From positions 224,001 to 288,000 of the forward strand of contig CAXRHT010000001.1 in NCBI GenBank assembly GCA_964230645.1: a DNA stretch of 64,000 nucleotides, written 5' to 3'. Source of the DNA: Bdellovibrionales bacterium (GTDB lineage Bacteria; Bdellovibrionota; Bdellovibrionia; Bdellovibrionales; JAGQZY01). A model generated the notes under the pieces. It saw nothing but the letters and a program-made list of their open reading frames with translations, was not told where the DNA came from and made no database searches. Below are positions 9,198 through 18,583 of this stretch, in pieces. How positions within the stretch are numbered: the first letter of the stretch is position 1; every line of letters begins with the position of its first letter. A program made the translations under genes and the position numbers.

Positions 9198-10210
9198 AAG
9201 GACTCCCTTACGATTTTTACAAAGTTTTTCACATTTTCTTCTGGGGTTTTCGGAAGAACTCCATGCCCCAAACCACAAACCCAACCGGCTCGTTCTTCTT
9301 CTGTCATTTCCTGGAAGGGTTTCAGGTAGGCTCTGAGTGATTTTTCAAATTCATCGGGCTTTTGGAAAAGTTGGGATTGATCAAAGTTTCCTTGCACGAA
9401 CCCCTCCCCTTTATTCATCCAATCTGTTAAATGCCAACGGTGGTCATAACCGAAACCTGCGAACTTGGATTTTTCCCAAAGAGTGTGCAGATGACCGGGG
9501 AGAGTGTTTTTTGAATAATAACCGAGCTGTCCTGCAAAAGTTTTTGATAAATCAATAAGGTAGGGATGCAGAAGATGCCAGTAGTCTTGGCAGGCCAACT
9601 CACCGGCTGCCGTGTCAAAAACCATGACCTTTTCCGCTCCCCCACGAAGTTGCAGTTCAATGTTTTTCTCCATTAATGGAGCGATCATTTCACAAAAGGC
9701 TGGAAAAAGAGAGAGTCTTTTCTTCACTTCAATAAGACTGCCTTTATGTGATCCCGCCACAGCGTAAACAAAAAGAGTCCATGGACTACCAACAAAGCCG
9801 ATAAGGCTTTTTTCTTCGGGAAGCACTTTACGAGTTTCTCTCACAGCCTCTTCTTGAAACTGAAGCATTTCGAAAGCTTGATCCACGGTGTTCATCTTTT
9901 TAAAATCCTCAGCGGAATCAAGGTACCAACCAAGCTCCGGAGCCGGGTCATATTTTAATCCCATCCCCAGCCCTTCGAGCGGGAAAAGAAGATCACTAAA
10001 AAGAATGGAAACATCAAAATCGAATTCCGCCACGGGACCCAGCGCCACTTCTGCGGCAAGCTTTGGTGTTTTACAAAGTTCCACAAAACTGTGCTGCTTT
10101 CGCATACCCTGATAGTGCTTGTGATAGCGTCCCGCTTGTCTCATCATCCACACCGGAGGAACTTTCTGAGCTTTTCTTGAACAAGCATTTTTAAATTTTT
10201 CATTTCTCAT
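9194..10210 (-). CDS. hemE: Uroporphyrinogen decarboxylase
   Basis: PVWMMRQAGRY, ILFSDLL, GFVGSPWTL and LGHGVLP motifs. ATG at 10210. Confidence 0.95.
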   Translation of the reverse strand: MRNEKFKNACSRKAQKVPPVWMMRQAGRYHKHYQGMRKQHSFVELCKTPKLAAEVALGPVAEFDFDVSILFSDLLFPLEGLGMGLKYDPAPELGWYLDSAEDFKKMNTVDQAFEMLQFQEEAVRETRKVLPEEKSLIGFVGSPWTLFVYAVAGSHKGSLIEVKKRLSLFPAFCEMIAPLMEKNIELQLRGGAEKVMVFDTAAGELACQDYWHLLHPYLIDLSKTFAGQLGYYSKNTLPGHLHTLWEKSKFAGFGYDHRWHLTDWMNKGEGFVQGNFDQSQLFQKPDEFEKSLRAYLKPFQEMTEEERAGWVCGLGHGVLPKTPEENVKNFVKIVRESF

Positions 10211-10866
10211 GGGTTCTCTCCTTTTAAGGCCCAAAGGTAACCTTCTCCTCGTACCGAACGTATCCACTCATGGTCTTCATCAAGAAGCATTTGCCTGATA
10301 CCAACCACAGCGTTGTCCACTGTTCGATGAGAAGGGTTCTGATCCTTTCCATAAACATAATCAATAATTTCATCTCGGCTCACCACTTGGGGAGCTCTCT
10401 GTACTAGAATTTTTAACAAACGGAAGTCTCTTTTATTGAGAAGATGAGTGTCTTTACTCGTGGTGATCTGCCTTTTATGAAGATCTAAAGTCGTCCCATT
10501 GAGACTCCACTGGCTCTTCGCCTCTTGTTTCTCTCCAAGCGCTCGATCAATCTTTAAGAACAGCTCTTGCAGCAAAAAAGGCTTAGGAATAAAGTCCATT
10601 GCTCCGAGCTCTACCCCTTTTAGTCTATTTTCCGGATCACTCATGGCACTCATAATAATAACAGGGCAGCCCAGTGGTTTTACTAAATCAAAGCCTGTTC
10701 CATCAGGCAAATTCAAATCAAGGATGGCGAGATCAAACTCTCCTTCTCTTTTTTCTAGAGCCTCATTAAAATTCTGGGACCAATGCACCTGATAGCTTCT
10801 TTTTTCCAACTCATCACGAATCAAACGCCCAAGGTCTCTGTCATCTTCCACCAGAAGAATATTCAT
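10207..10866 (-). CDS. OmpR/PhoB-family response regulator embedded in heme operon (Leptospira HemR-like)
   Basis: Receiver domain (LLVEDD, ILDLNLPD, KPF) plus winged HTH (RTVDNAV, SVRGEGY). Confidence 0.9.
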   Translation of the reverse strand: MNILLVEDDRDLGRLIRDELEKRSYQVHWSQNFNEALEKREGEFDLAILDLNLPDGTGFDLVKPLGCPVIIMSAMSDPENRLKGVELGAMDFIPKPFLLQELFLKIDRALGEKQEAKSQWSLNGTTLDLHKRQITTSKDTHLLNKRDFRLLKILVQRAPQVVSRDEIIDYVYGKDQNPSHRTVDNAVVGIRQMLLDEDHEWIRSVRGEGYLWALKGENP

Positions 10867-11708
10867 TAAAATCCTCCTGGAAGTTGGATATGGACTTTCA
10901 GTGAGCCCGATGGCGATTGAGAAAAATTAAGTTTTCCTCCAAGCTTTGAAACCCACTGTCTTACAATAATCAAACCAAAGCCGGAGTTGCCCTGACTGGT
11001 TTCCTGCTGAGGATAGCCTAAACTTTCTAGATTTCCTTTAAAGCTTTTGCCATTGTCTTCGTAAATTATTTGGGAATTTTTATTTTCGTTTCTTAGAGTC
11101 ACTTTAACCTGATCGGCTTCTCCGTGAAAAAAAGAATTGTGAAAAAGGTTTTTAAAAATACTATGCAAGGCTTTACGGTCCGAGCGTATTTCCTCTTCTC
11201 CAGAGAATTGGATCGTGATCTCAGGCCATTGGATGTGTAGGTCCATCAGTAGGTTTTTTAAATTTATGTTTTCAATAAAAGTGCTTTTGCGCTGACCGAT
11301 GGTGGAATCCAGTCCGTTTTCAAAATCGATTTGCATCTTTCTCGTATGACCCAGAATTTTATCCCAACTCTCATCCTCGTTCTCACCAGCCGCTTTCTCC
11401 ACCTGGAGCTGTAAGCGAAAAAGATTTGTCTTCATGTCGTGAGCGAAGCTAGCAAAAAACATCTCTTTGGCAGACTTTTCTTTATACATTCTATAGGCAA
11501 GGTAAAAAAGCGCTAGGCCTCCACTGAGAAGACAGAAAAGAAGCACGGTACCTTCGGTAAACAGCATCTTTTGATGTTTGGCTAGTTGCGAGGGCATTCC
11601 AAGAGAGGCCGCTTTAGAAAGGGTTGTGATTCCAAAATAAAGCCACCAGCCCGCTAAAGACATAACAAAACTAAGCCAAACAAAAATGATCGCAAAGATC
11701 CATCTCAC
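10866..11708 (-). CDS. Sensor histidine kinase of the heme-operon two-component system
   Basis: Two TM helices with a short loop; H-box FAHDMKT, N-box NLFHNS, DNG and GFGL. Confidence 0.88.
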   Translation of the reverse strand: MRWIFAIIFVWLSFVMSLAGWWLYFGITTLSKAASLGMPSQLAKHQKMLFTEGTVLLFCLLSGGLALFYLAYRMYKEKSAKEMFFASFAHDMKTNLFRLQLQVEKAAGENEDESWDKILGHTRKMQIDFENGLDSTIGQRKSTFIENINLKNLLMDLHIQWPEITIQFSGEEEIRSDRKALHSIFKNLFHNSFFHGEADQVKVTLRNENKNSQIIYEDNGKSFKGNLESLGYPQQETSQGNSGFGLIIVRQWVSKLGGKLNFSQSPSGSLKVHIQLPGGF

Positions 11709-13036
11709 GCCTTTAACTTCTCCTTCAAACCAGTGAAAGCTTTTTTAAAGCGATGGGTGGCTTCGACCAGAACTTTCTCATTGTGGGCCCAAGAAAGAAA
11801 CGACACTTCAAAGCCACTGGGTGCTAAGAAGATTTTTTGCTTCAAACACTGATGAAAAAGTTCGGTGAAAAGTTCGCCTTGCTTAGTTGATATTTCCGGA
11901 AGAGATTCAGGCTCTTTTTTATCCGAGCCGTGCATCCAAAGAAGAGAACCTTGTTGTACAATTTTTAATGGAAGCTCAAGATCGCTAATATGGGATTCCA
12001 AAGCTTCCACAAAGCCTTCCGTTCTTTGAGTCATTTTCGCCAGAATATTTTCCCTACGTACTTTCTCAAGAGTCGTAAGACCTGCCACCATACCGACGGG
12101 ATTTCCACTCAAAGTACCGGCTTGATAAACAGGACCCTGTGGCGCCACATAGTCCATCAGATCTTTGCGGCCACCGTAACAACCCACTGGAAAACCGCCA
12201 CCGATCACTTTACCGTAGGTCACAAGATCCGGCGTTACCCCTGAGATCTCAGCCATGCCGCCAAGAGCCACTCGAAAACCTGAAATCACTTCATCAAAAA
12301 TAAGAAGACTGTCATTTTCTTTTGTGATTTTTCGCAAGAACTTTAAAAACTCAGGATCTTGCTTCAACATTCCAAAGTTAGCCGGAAGGGGTTCAATAAT
12401 AACGGCAGCAATATCGTCGTGATCATTGAATATCTTTTCAACGGACTCTTGATCCCCTAGGGAAGCAAGCAGAGTTTCCGAGGCGACTTTGTCTGAAACG
12501 CCGGCACTATCACTTGCGGACTGCCCTGCGAGGCCACTGCCAGCTTTCACAAGAAGAGAGTCCATATGACCATGGTAGCAACCTTCAAATTTCAAGATTT
12601 TATTTTTACCTGTCGCTCCACGAGCCACTCTCAGAGCACTCATGACGGCTTCGGTTCCTGAGCTGACAAAACGTAGATTTTCAACATGAGGCACATGTTC
12701 AACGATCCATTCGGCCAATTTTAAACTATAGGGTTCGCAAGCTCCGAAGGTCCACGCGGTTTTGATCATTTCCTCCACCGCCGAGGAAACATCCGGGTCT
12801 CTATGTCCCAGAATTAAGGGGCCAAAGCTTTGGCAGAAGTCTATGTACTCGTCACCTTCAACACTCGTGAGAGTAGCACCTTCGGCCTTTGCAAAAAACA
12901 GAGGATTTCCGCCTACACTTTTAAAAGCCCTGACGGGTGATTGAACCCCTCCTGGGGAGACTTTAACGGCTCTTTCATAGAGTTTCTTTGAATCCATAAT
13001 TTTTGTCCTGTTGTCTATTGGATCAGTTTTTCCCAA
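11705..13036 (-). CDS. hemL: Glutamate-1-semialdehyde 2,1-aminomutase
   Basis: PGGVQSPVRAF, SGTEAVMSA, GCYHGH, DEVISGFR and YQAGTLSGNP motifs. The start may be the ATG at 12997. Confidence 0.97.
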   Translation of the reverse strand: MGKTDPIDNRTKIMDSKKLYERAVKVSPGGVQSPVRAFKSVGGNPLFFAKAEGATLTSVEGDEYIDFCQSFGPLILGHRDPDVSSAVEEMIKTAWTFGACEPYSLKLAEWIVEHVPHVENLRFVSSGTEAVMSALRVARGATGKNKILKFEGCYHGHMDSLLVKAGSGLAGQSASDSAGVSDKVASETLLASLGDQESVEKIFNDHDDIAAVIIEPLPANFGMLKQDPEFLKFLRKITKENDSLLIFDEVISGFRVALGGMAEISGVTPDLVTYGKVIGGGFPVGCYGGRKDLMDYVAPQGPVYQAGTLSGNPVGMVAGLTTLEKVRRENILAKMTQRTEGFVEALESHISDLELPLKIVQQGSLLWMHGSDKKEPESLPEISTKQGELFTELFHQCLKQKIFLAPSGFEVSFLSWAHNEKVLVEATHRFKKAFTGLKEKLKA

Positions 13037-14499
13037 ACCGAGCGGTTGGGTAAAATTTCCGGTTTATTTTCAATACCCCGCTCTTTTAACACCTTCGAGA
13101 GCTTGCGGAAAGTATGGCCCGGCCCACAAAAATGACGAGCCTTGGCGATCTCCGGTACTTTGTTCAGGCAGTGCTCAAACTGGGAGCCACTGGACCAAAA
13201 GAATTCTTTGTACTCTTCAAGAAAAGAGAGGTCTTGCTCTTTTTCCACCAATTCATAAGTCAAAAGGGTGTCTTTTTCCTCGCCTTGAGTTCCTTCTTTG
13301 TGAGTCCATTTAAGCCACTTTTGCTCAGGCCACAAAGCTTTCAGCTGAGGGTCTTCTTTTTCTCCAAGTGATTCGGTTGAGCCATGAACCCAATGTCCTT
13401 TCTCTGCTAACTTTAACCAGGTTTTCATCCCAGCCACCCAGAGGAGATTGTCTTCAAAGTTTTCGCCCCCCTGAAGGCAAGAGGCTTTGGCGATAAAATG
13501 GCAATTGGCCTCGGCCTTTTTTTCCAAGGGGTATTTGAGATCTTTGCGTTCAAAAAGCTCAAGCTTGCCTGTGAAAGGTTTTTTGAGGCGAATCTTTTGA
13601 TCTTTGACACTCAAGTCTTCAAGAGTCTCCCCCTCTTCGGTCTCCCCTTTAAGATAAATCACTTCGCCGTAATCTCGACTCAACTGACTCACACCAATTT
13701 TCTGATGACAGCCACCCCCATGGGATTTCAGAATGCGCCTTTCGTTACACACCGCCTTCCAAGTGGACTCACAGTTAATTTTTAACAGGCTTTCCTTCAG
13801 ATCTTTTCTTTTGTCTGAAATTTCTATGGCAAGAGCCCCTTGGGCGGCCGCTGTTGGGTTTTCTGTCAGAGGAAGAACTTGGAAATCACAGAGGCTTAGG
13901 GCTTCGCGAATTTCGGTTTGAGATTTTTTGAATTCCTCTCTATTTGCTAGAAGCATGCGATCAATTGCGGCTTTGGCCACAATCAGTCCATCGACCTCCG
14001 GGTTTTCTAGCATTTTTCTAATACGTGTATTGATGTTCCCTCTCACATTTTCAAAACGGACTTCGTGTAAATCCCAGGGTAGGTACTTTTTAAAAAAGGG
14101 GGTGAGGTTATATATTCTTCGAGGGGATGAGGAAAACACAACCAGCTTACCCGTTTTTGAAAGCTTTTTTCTATGGGCTTTTTTAAAGAGGAAAAGATCC
14201 CGAAGATCAGCCCTGGGGAGTGTGGCAACTATTTGGGTGCCCTTACCGATATCCACCGGAAGGTCTTTCCATGAATGAACGACCATATCCCACTCACCAT
14301 TGATTAATCCCTCGCGAAAGTCTTCCGTGAAGACTCCTTTTTCGGGCATCTTCCAAAGAGGGTCGTTTTGATTCTGATCGCCAAGGGAAGTTCGGAAGTA
14401 ATAATCGATGTTGAAACCTCTTTTCTCTAAAAGGTCTCCAACTTGGTAGGCTTGTAAACGAGCTAAATCACTTTTTCTTGCGGCTATGCGCAGGTCCAT
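13015..14499 (-). CDS. hemC: Hydroxymethylbilane synthase with C-terminal HemD-like extension (HemC-HemD fusion)
   Basis: RKSDLARLQA, KGVFT, VHSWKDLP, SSPRR, RGNINTR, AQGALAIE and GGGCH motifs, followed by about 200 extra aa with WVAGMKT and FCGPGHT. Confidence 0.9.
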   Translation of the reverse strand: MDLRIAARKSDLARLQAYQVGDLLEKRGFNIDYYFRTSLGDQNQNDPLWKMPEKGVFTEDFREGLINGEWDMVVHSWKDLPVDIGKGTQIVATLPRADLRDLFLFKKAHRKKLSKTGKLVVFSSSPRRIYNLTPFFKKYLPWDLHEVRFENVRGNINTRIRKMLENPEVDGLIVAKAAIDRMLLANREEFKKSQTEIREALSLCDFQVLPLTENPTAAAQGALAIEISDKRKDLKESLLKINCESTWKAVCNERRILKSHGGGCHQKIGVSQLSRDYGEVIYLKGETEEGETLEDLSVKDQKIRLKKPFTGKLELFERKDLKYPLEKKAEANCHFIAKASCLQGGENFEDNLLWVAGMKTWLKLAEKGHWVHGSTESLGEKEDPQLKALWPEQKWLKWTHKEGTQGEEKDTLLTYELVEKEQDLSFLEEYKEFFWSSGSQFEHCLNKVPEIAKARHFCGPGHTFRKLSKVLKERGIENKPEILPNRSVWEKLIQ

Positions 14500-15362
14500 A
14501 GATCTTCCCAACCGAAGGGTCTTTGCTTTTCAAAAAGGCTGAAATTCACGGTGTGCTTTTCCACGGCTAGAAAGGCTTTTTTGCGGATTTTATGGGCTTG
14601 ATCTTTATTTTTCTCAATACTGGCAAAAAGAGTCCGCAAGGGAGTGGCACTTTTCACTTCAAGGGGATCTTCCACACTCGAACCTCTAAGATCATAAACA
14701 TGATCGAAGCCATCGAGGTTTACTCTTTCCTGTAACTCCTGAGATTCGATGGGGGCTGCCACCACCAAAACTCCACGACTGGAAAGACCAGAAAGCTCAT
14801 CCATAGGGAGCAGCTCTAAATTATCCTGCCCCTCTTCGAGCTCTTTGTACTTTTCCGGGCGCCGAGTAAAAACCTTGATTTTCACATCCATTTTCGCAAA
14901 CCAAGGGACGATATCTTGAGTGAGCGCTCCAGCTCCGATCAATACAAATTCTCCGGATTTATTTTTTAAATTTTTTCTTAAAAGACTACCGTAAGAAGTG
15001 CAGCCAAGGTTTTGTAAATACTGGGTTCTTACACTTTTGGCGTCTCGCTTGAGTTGGGTGACGATCTCACCCATTGTTACCGAAAAGTGCTCCTGATTCT
15101 TGCGGCAAAATTCTTTGAACTGCCCCAAAATTTCAGTTTCTCCGAGCATCGGAGAGTCCAGACCACAGATCACTGAGAGAAGAAAGCCGTAGGCCTTATC
15201 CCCTTGTTTTCTTTCGTAATTTTCCAGAATATCAGGATTTTCATCTTTTTGGTCAGAGATAATAATAGAACGTAAACACGTGGCCATATGCCAGTGGTTT
15301 TTGGGGAGGCTCATTGCCCGCCCCGGCTCTTTTCTATGATATAGGACCAAATTCTCCGTCAT
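14484..15362 (-). CDS. hemA: Glutamyl-tRNA reductase (short form)
   Basis: TCLR catalytic Cys motif, GLDSPMLGETEILGQ and IGAG; only 292 aa. Confidence 0.88.
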   Translation of the reverse strand: MTENLVLYHRKEPGRAMSLPKNHWHMATCLRSIIISDQKDENPDILENYERKQGDKAYGFLLSVICGLDSPMLGETEILGQFKEFCRKNQEHFSVTMGEIVTQLKRDAKSVRTQYLQNLGCTSYGSLLRKNLKNKSGEFVLIGAGALTQDIVPWFAKMDVKIKVFTRRPEKYKELEEGQDNLELLPMDELSGLSSRGVLVVAAPIESQELQERVNLDGFDHVYDLRGSSVEDPLEVKSATPLRTLFASIEKNKDQAHKIRKKAFLAVEKHTVNFSLFEKQRPFGWEDLWTCA

Positions 15363-15397
15363 GACCCTTTCAATATAACTGAAAACGTAATGAGATT

Positions 15398-15413
15398 TGT
15401 CATAGAAATGTCA
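15398..15413 (-). promoter_or_regulatory. TGACA-N6-TGACA OmpR/PhoB-type box upstream of hemA
   Basis: TGACATTTCTATGACA on the minus strand, about 35 nt upstream of the hemA ATG. Confidence 0.7.
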
Positions 15414-15481
15414 CCCGGCTCGATTCTTTGCCCATTTTCTCGATTTAAGACACACCACATTATAGGTAAGTATTATGTTTC

Positions 15482-15594
15482 ACTTGCTGCCCAAAGGTAG
15501 CGCTAGCGTGTCAAACATTACGCACCTTAGCTACCACTCGGAAGCAGGTACCTATAGGTGACGCAGAGGCGCTACCAATGGGAAGCAGGTACCT
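15482..15594. repeat. REP-like cluster: one inverted and two direct ~34-nt units
   Basis: ACGCA-N5-GCTACCA-N3-GGAAGCAGGTACCT at 15520 and 15561; a degenerate inverted copy at 15482-15509. Confidence 0.7.
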
Positions 15595-15602
15595 TTTGGT
15601 GA

Positions 15603-15911
15603 TTAGAGTTTTTTCTCTAGGTCTTGCATTTCTTTTATGCGGATTCTTAGGAGCTCTTTGAGAGCTTTGACGATGTATTTTTCTAAATCGGCGTCTGTGG
15701 CTCCTGTGTTTGAAACCACTTTATCGTAGATCTTTCGGGTTTCCTCGGTGACAGAAAGAGTGATCTTGTACTCGCTCAGATAGTCGTCGACGAGATCACG
15801 GATAAGACCACTCACATTTAGCCCTGAGTTGACTAGATGTTGATGCTGGTCCTCTCTCATCATTAAGCTAATTCGGCGTAAATCTTTGGCACTGTCTTTT
15901 TCTTTGCTCAA
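15603..15911 (-). CDS. Small hypothetical protein, ribbon-helix-helix-like
   Basis: RRISLMMREDQH...NVSGLIRDLVDDYL pattern resembles a CopG/RHH fold. Confidence 0.5.
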   Translation of the reverse strand: MSKEKDSAKDLRRISLMMREDQHQHLVNSGLNVSGLIRDLVDDYLSEYKITLSVTEETRKIYDKVVSNTGATDADLEKYIVKALKELLRIRIKEMQDLEKKL

Positions 15912-15991
15912 TGAAATCCCTCTCTCTAAAAGGCATTTAAAAACTTAAACCTAACCTTAGGACAGTTCCTTTATACAATCCATATTCAAAA

Positions 15992-16888
15992 GTGCAAAAG
16001 GAAACTAATATAATAGACATGACACTCTTAGACTACTTTCCTGAGTCCTTTGAAAAGTTAGAGGACAGCGCCCTTAAGGACCTTATGAGTTCGGTAGAGG
16101 CCTTTAGTTACGACAAAGAAGATTTAGATGAGGACACTGACTTATCGGGAAAAATTGCGGTCGGCGATCATATTCAAACATCAGCTTTCTTAAAAAACTT
16201 TGTGGAAAATAAACTAAGCAATGTCGTACAAACTTCAAACGACGATCTCCCCTACGAGCTTTTTATTGCCAGTATCATTCTTAAAAAGCCACGACTGTTC
16301 CTCAACAACCCCTTAACCATTCTCAATTCTCAAGACTCCTCAGCAACAGCTATGAGAGTATGGCAAGAAAACTTTAACTGCACTGAGCACAAAGAACGAG
16401 TCATGGAGAGTATTCAGAAGTTTATAGGGCGCAATAAGTCCATGAACCGACTTTCCGATAATATTTTAATAGTAATTGATGAACTTTTCTCCAACGCCCT
16501 TTTTAATGCTCCGGTCGATGAAGGCGGTTACCGAATTTTCAAAAACATGCACCGCAATGAACATGTGCGCTTCCCAGGCAATAAAAATGCAAAAATCTTT
16601 GCAGTGCACACTCAGAACGATCTTTTTATAGGTGCCGTGGACCCATGGGGGTCTGTCGATAGAGATGGTATTTGTCATTCTCTCTACAAGGCTTATAATG
16701 AACGCAAGGTGGATGAAACTTCCAAAGGCGCCGGTTTCGGTCTGCGCATGATGCTCGACCGGTCCAGATCAATCTACATCCTTTGTGAAAAGGGTAAAAG
16801 GACACTGGCCTGCTGCCATATGCGTCTTAACATTAGCTTAAAAAAAGTAGAAAATGTTCCGAAACAACTCCATATTAACTGTTTTTAG
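15992..16888 (+). CDS. HATPase_c-like (anti-sigma kinase-type) ATP-binding protein
   Basis: IDELFSNA (N-box), DPWG (G1) and GAGFGL (G2); no HisKA domain. Confidence 0.7.
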   Translation: MQKETNIIDMTLLDYFPESFEKLEDSALKDLMSSVEAFSYDKEDLDEDTDLSGKIAVGDHIQTSAFLKNFVENKLSNVVQTSNDDLPYELFIASIILKKPRLFLNNPLTILNSQDSSATAMRVWQENFNCTEHKERVMESIQKFIGRNKSMNRLSDNILIVIDELFSNALFNAPVDEGGYRIFKNMHRNEHVRFPGNKNAKIFAVHTQNDLFIGAVDPWGSVDRDGICHSLYKAYNERKVDETSKGAGFGLRMMLDRSRSIYILCEKGKRTLACCHMRLNISLKKVENVPKQLHINCF

Positions 16889-16896
16889 GTGAGGCA

Positions 16897-17391
16897 ATGA
16901 GCGGATTTAAAGTAACAACGAAAATTGACGACAATATGAAGACCCGTATTCAAATTGATGGGGCCATGGATGAGCATTCGGATTACTCATCCATTGAGAC
17001 GAAGTTCACAGATGAAGTTGTTTTTGATTTCAACAATGTCGAACATATCAACTCGACAGGCATCAAGCATTGGGTGCATTGGGTGGCTAAGGTTTCGGAA
17101 TCTAATCCCGAGCTTAAGTTTTATTTTGTAAATTGTCCTAAACCTATAGTGGATCAAATTAATATGGTGGATGGGTTTCTTCCTCCAAAGTCCACAGTTA
17201 AATCCTTCAAGGTTCCTTATTTTTGCGAGGTCTGCGATAAAGATATGACTTGCACCTTCGTGCTAGGTCGTGAGTACAGCTTTGAAGATGGCAAGGCGGT
17301 TCTATCCATCCCCGACAACACCTGCGATCGTGGCGACTGTGAAATGGAGCCCGACGTGGTTGAACAAAAGTATTTCCGTTTTCTTAAATAA
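16897..17391 (+). CDS. STAS-like protein with C-terminal Cys cluster
   Basis: VVFDFNNVEHINSTGI STAS motif; CEVC...CDRGDC at the C-terminus. Confidence 0.7.
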   Translation: MSGFKVTTKIDDNMKTRIQIDGAMDEHSDYSSIETKFTDEVVFDFNNVEHINSTGIKHWVHWVAKVSESNPELKFYFVNCPKPIVDQINMVDGFLPPKSTVKSFKVPYFCEVCDKDMTCTFVLGREYSFEDGKAVLSIPDNTCDRGDCEMEPDVVEQKYFRFLK

Positions 17392-17392
17392 G

Positions 17393-17420
17393 AAAAGGAG
17401 CTTAAAAAAGCTCCTTTTTT
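17393..17420. terminator. Bidirectional intrinsic terminator
   Basis: AAAAGGAGCTT-AAAA-AAGCTCCTTTTTT. Confidence 0.75.
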
Positions 17421-17423
17421 CAA

Positions 17424-17789
17424 TTACAGCTCATCAATAAGTTGAGGATCTAAGACCTCTTCGAGATCTTGCTCACAAGAAACGCCGGTGGACTCAATGT
17501 CCTCTGGGCTCAGAGTGGCGTAGGAAGTATCTACAAGAGCGTACTCACACATGGGCTCACTTTGCTCACAGTAGTCAATTTCACCCTGAGGAGCACAGTT
17601 ATCAGTGTTCACTGTAAAGCTCACTTTATAGATATCTTCTTGAGTTAACTCATCACTAAAAACCTTCTCAACCCCTATGACTGAAACGTACCGGTAGGCC
17701 TTAGAGCCCTGAAAATCCATCAGGCTCAACGCACTTGTGGCTAAAACAATCTGTGGCAAACTGATTAAAAGAATGACTAGAGTTTTCAT
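17424..17789 (-). CDS. Secreted hypothetical protein
   Basis: GGAGGGG RBS; MKTLVILL signal peptide; four Cys. Confidence 0.65.
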   Translation of the reverse strand: MKTLVILLISLPQIVLATSALSLMDFQGSKAYRYVSVIGVEKVFSDELTQEDIYKVSFTVNTDNCAPQGEIDYCEQSEPMCEYALVDTSYATLSPEDIESTGVSCEQDLEEVLDPQLIDEL

Positions 17790-17963
17790 ATCCCCTCCAA
17801 ATTTAATAGTCATCGCTCTTATAGGCCTCTCCTGACGCCCAGACAACGATTGGTGTAATTTTTACCGCTCCTAGCTAGGATCCGAGAAACAGAGAGTCAT
17901 GCATGGACTCGGGGCCCCTTGGAACTCCTCGCTCTCTTTGTATTTTTGAGATAGGCTAGAGTC

Positions 17964-18566
17964 ATGAGTCGAATTCTTAGAGGCAAAGCCTTTCTTTTTT
18001 TTCTTATCGCCCTCATTTTACTCCTGTGGTACTCCGCCGATCGTGAGGCCAGGCAGAACGTTATTGAGTTACAAAAAAAACAGAGCCCTCTTACTGAGGT
18101 AGAGACAAGTGAAGCGAAAAGACCCAGCCCTTTGGATTTTGCAAAAAGTCTCGCTGCAAGACTAAAAATACCAGAGGAGCAAATACAAGGTCCACTTGAT
18201 AAAAATGAGAGTCCTGACAATACCTTCCTCTTTCAACAAGAATGGCGCAAATACCCCGTCTATGAAGCCACTTTGGTTATCCAGGCTCAAGGCCCCGAAG
18301 GTTTTGAAGTTCTACAGAATAGTTTGAAAACAATTAAAGACGCTCAGGCCAATACACGTTTTGAAGCCAATGAAATTCTAGAAAACTTTAAAAATGCGCA
18401 ACCCGATAGCCTCATAGTTGGCGAGCTTCAGCAGGTGCTCTTTGTTCAGATGGAAAAAGGAGAGCTGGCCTACCTAATAAATTATGAAAATAAAGAGGGT
18501 GAAAAAAAGCAAACTCTTGTTAGTGCCGTTTCCAGTGAAGTTTTGTTAGAAAAGAAAACTTTCTAA
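17964..18566 (+). CDS. Membrane-anchored FTP/PepSY propeptide-like protein without a catalytic domain
   Basis: N-terminal TM; FQQEWRKYPVYEA (FTP-like); LAYLINY...VSAVSSEVL (PepSY-like). Confidence 0.55.
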   Translation: MSRILRGKAFLFFLIALILLLWYSADREARQNVIELQKKQSPLTEVETSEAKRPSPLDFAKSLAARLKIPEEQIQGPLDKNESPDNTFLFQQEWRKYPVYEATLVIQAQGPEGFEVLQNSLKTIKDAQANTRFEANEILENFKNAQPDSLIVGELQQVLFVQMEKGELAYLINYENKEGEKKQTLVSAVSSEVLLEKKTF

Positions 18567-18583
18567 AGCCCTAAGAGCCGGTA

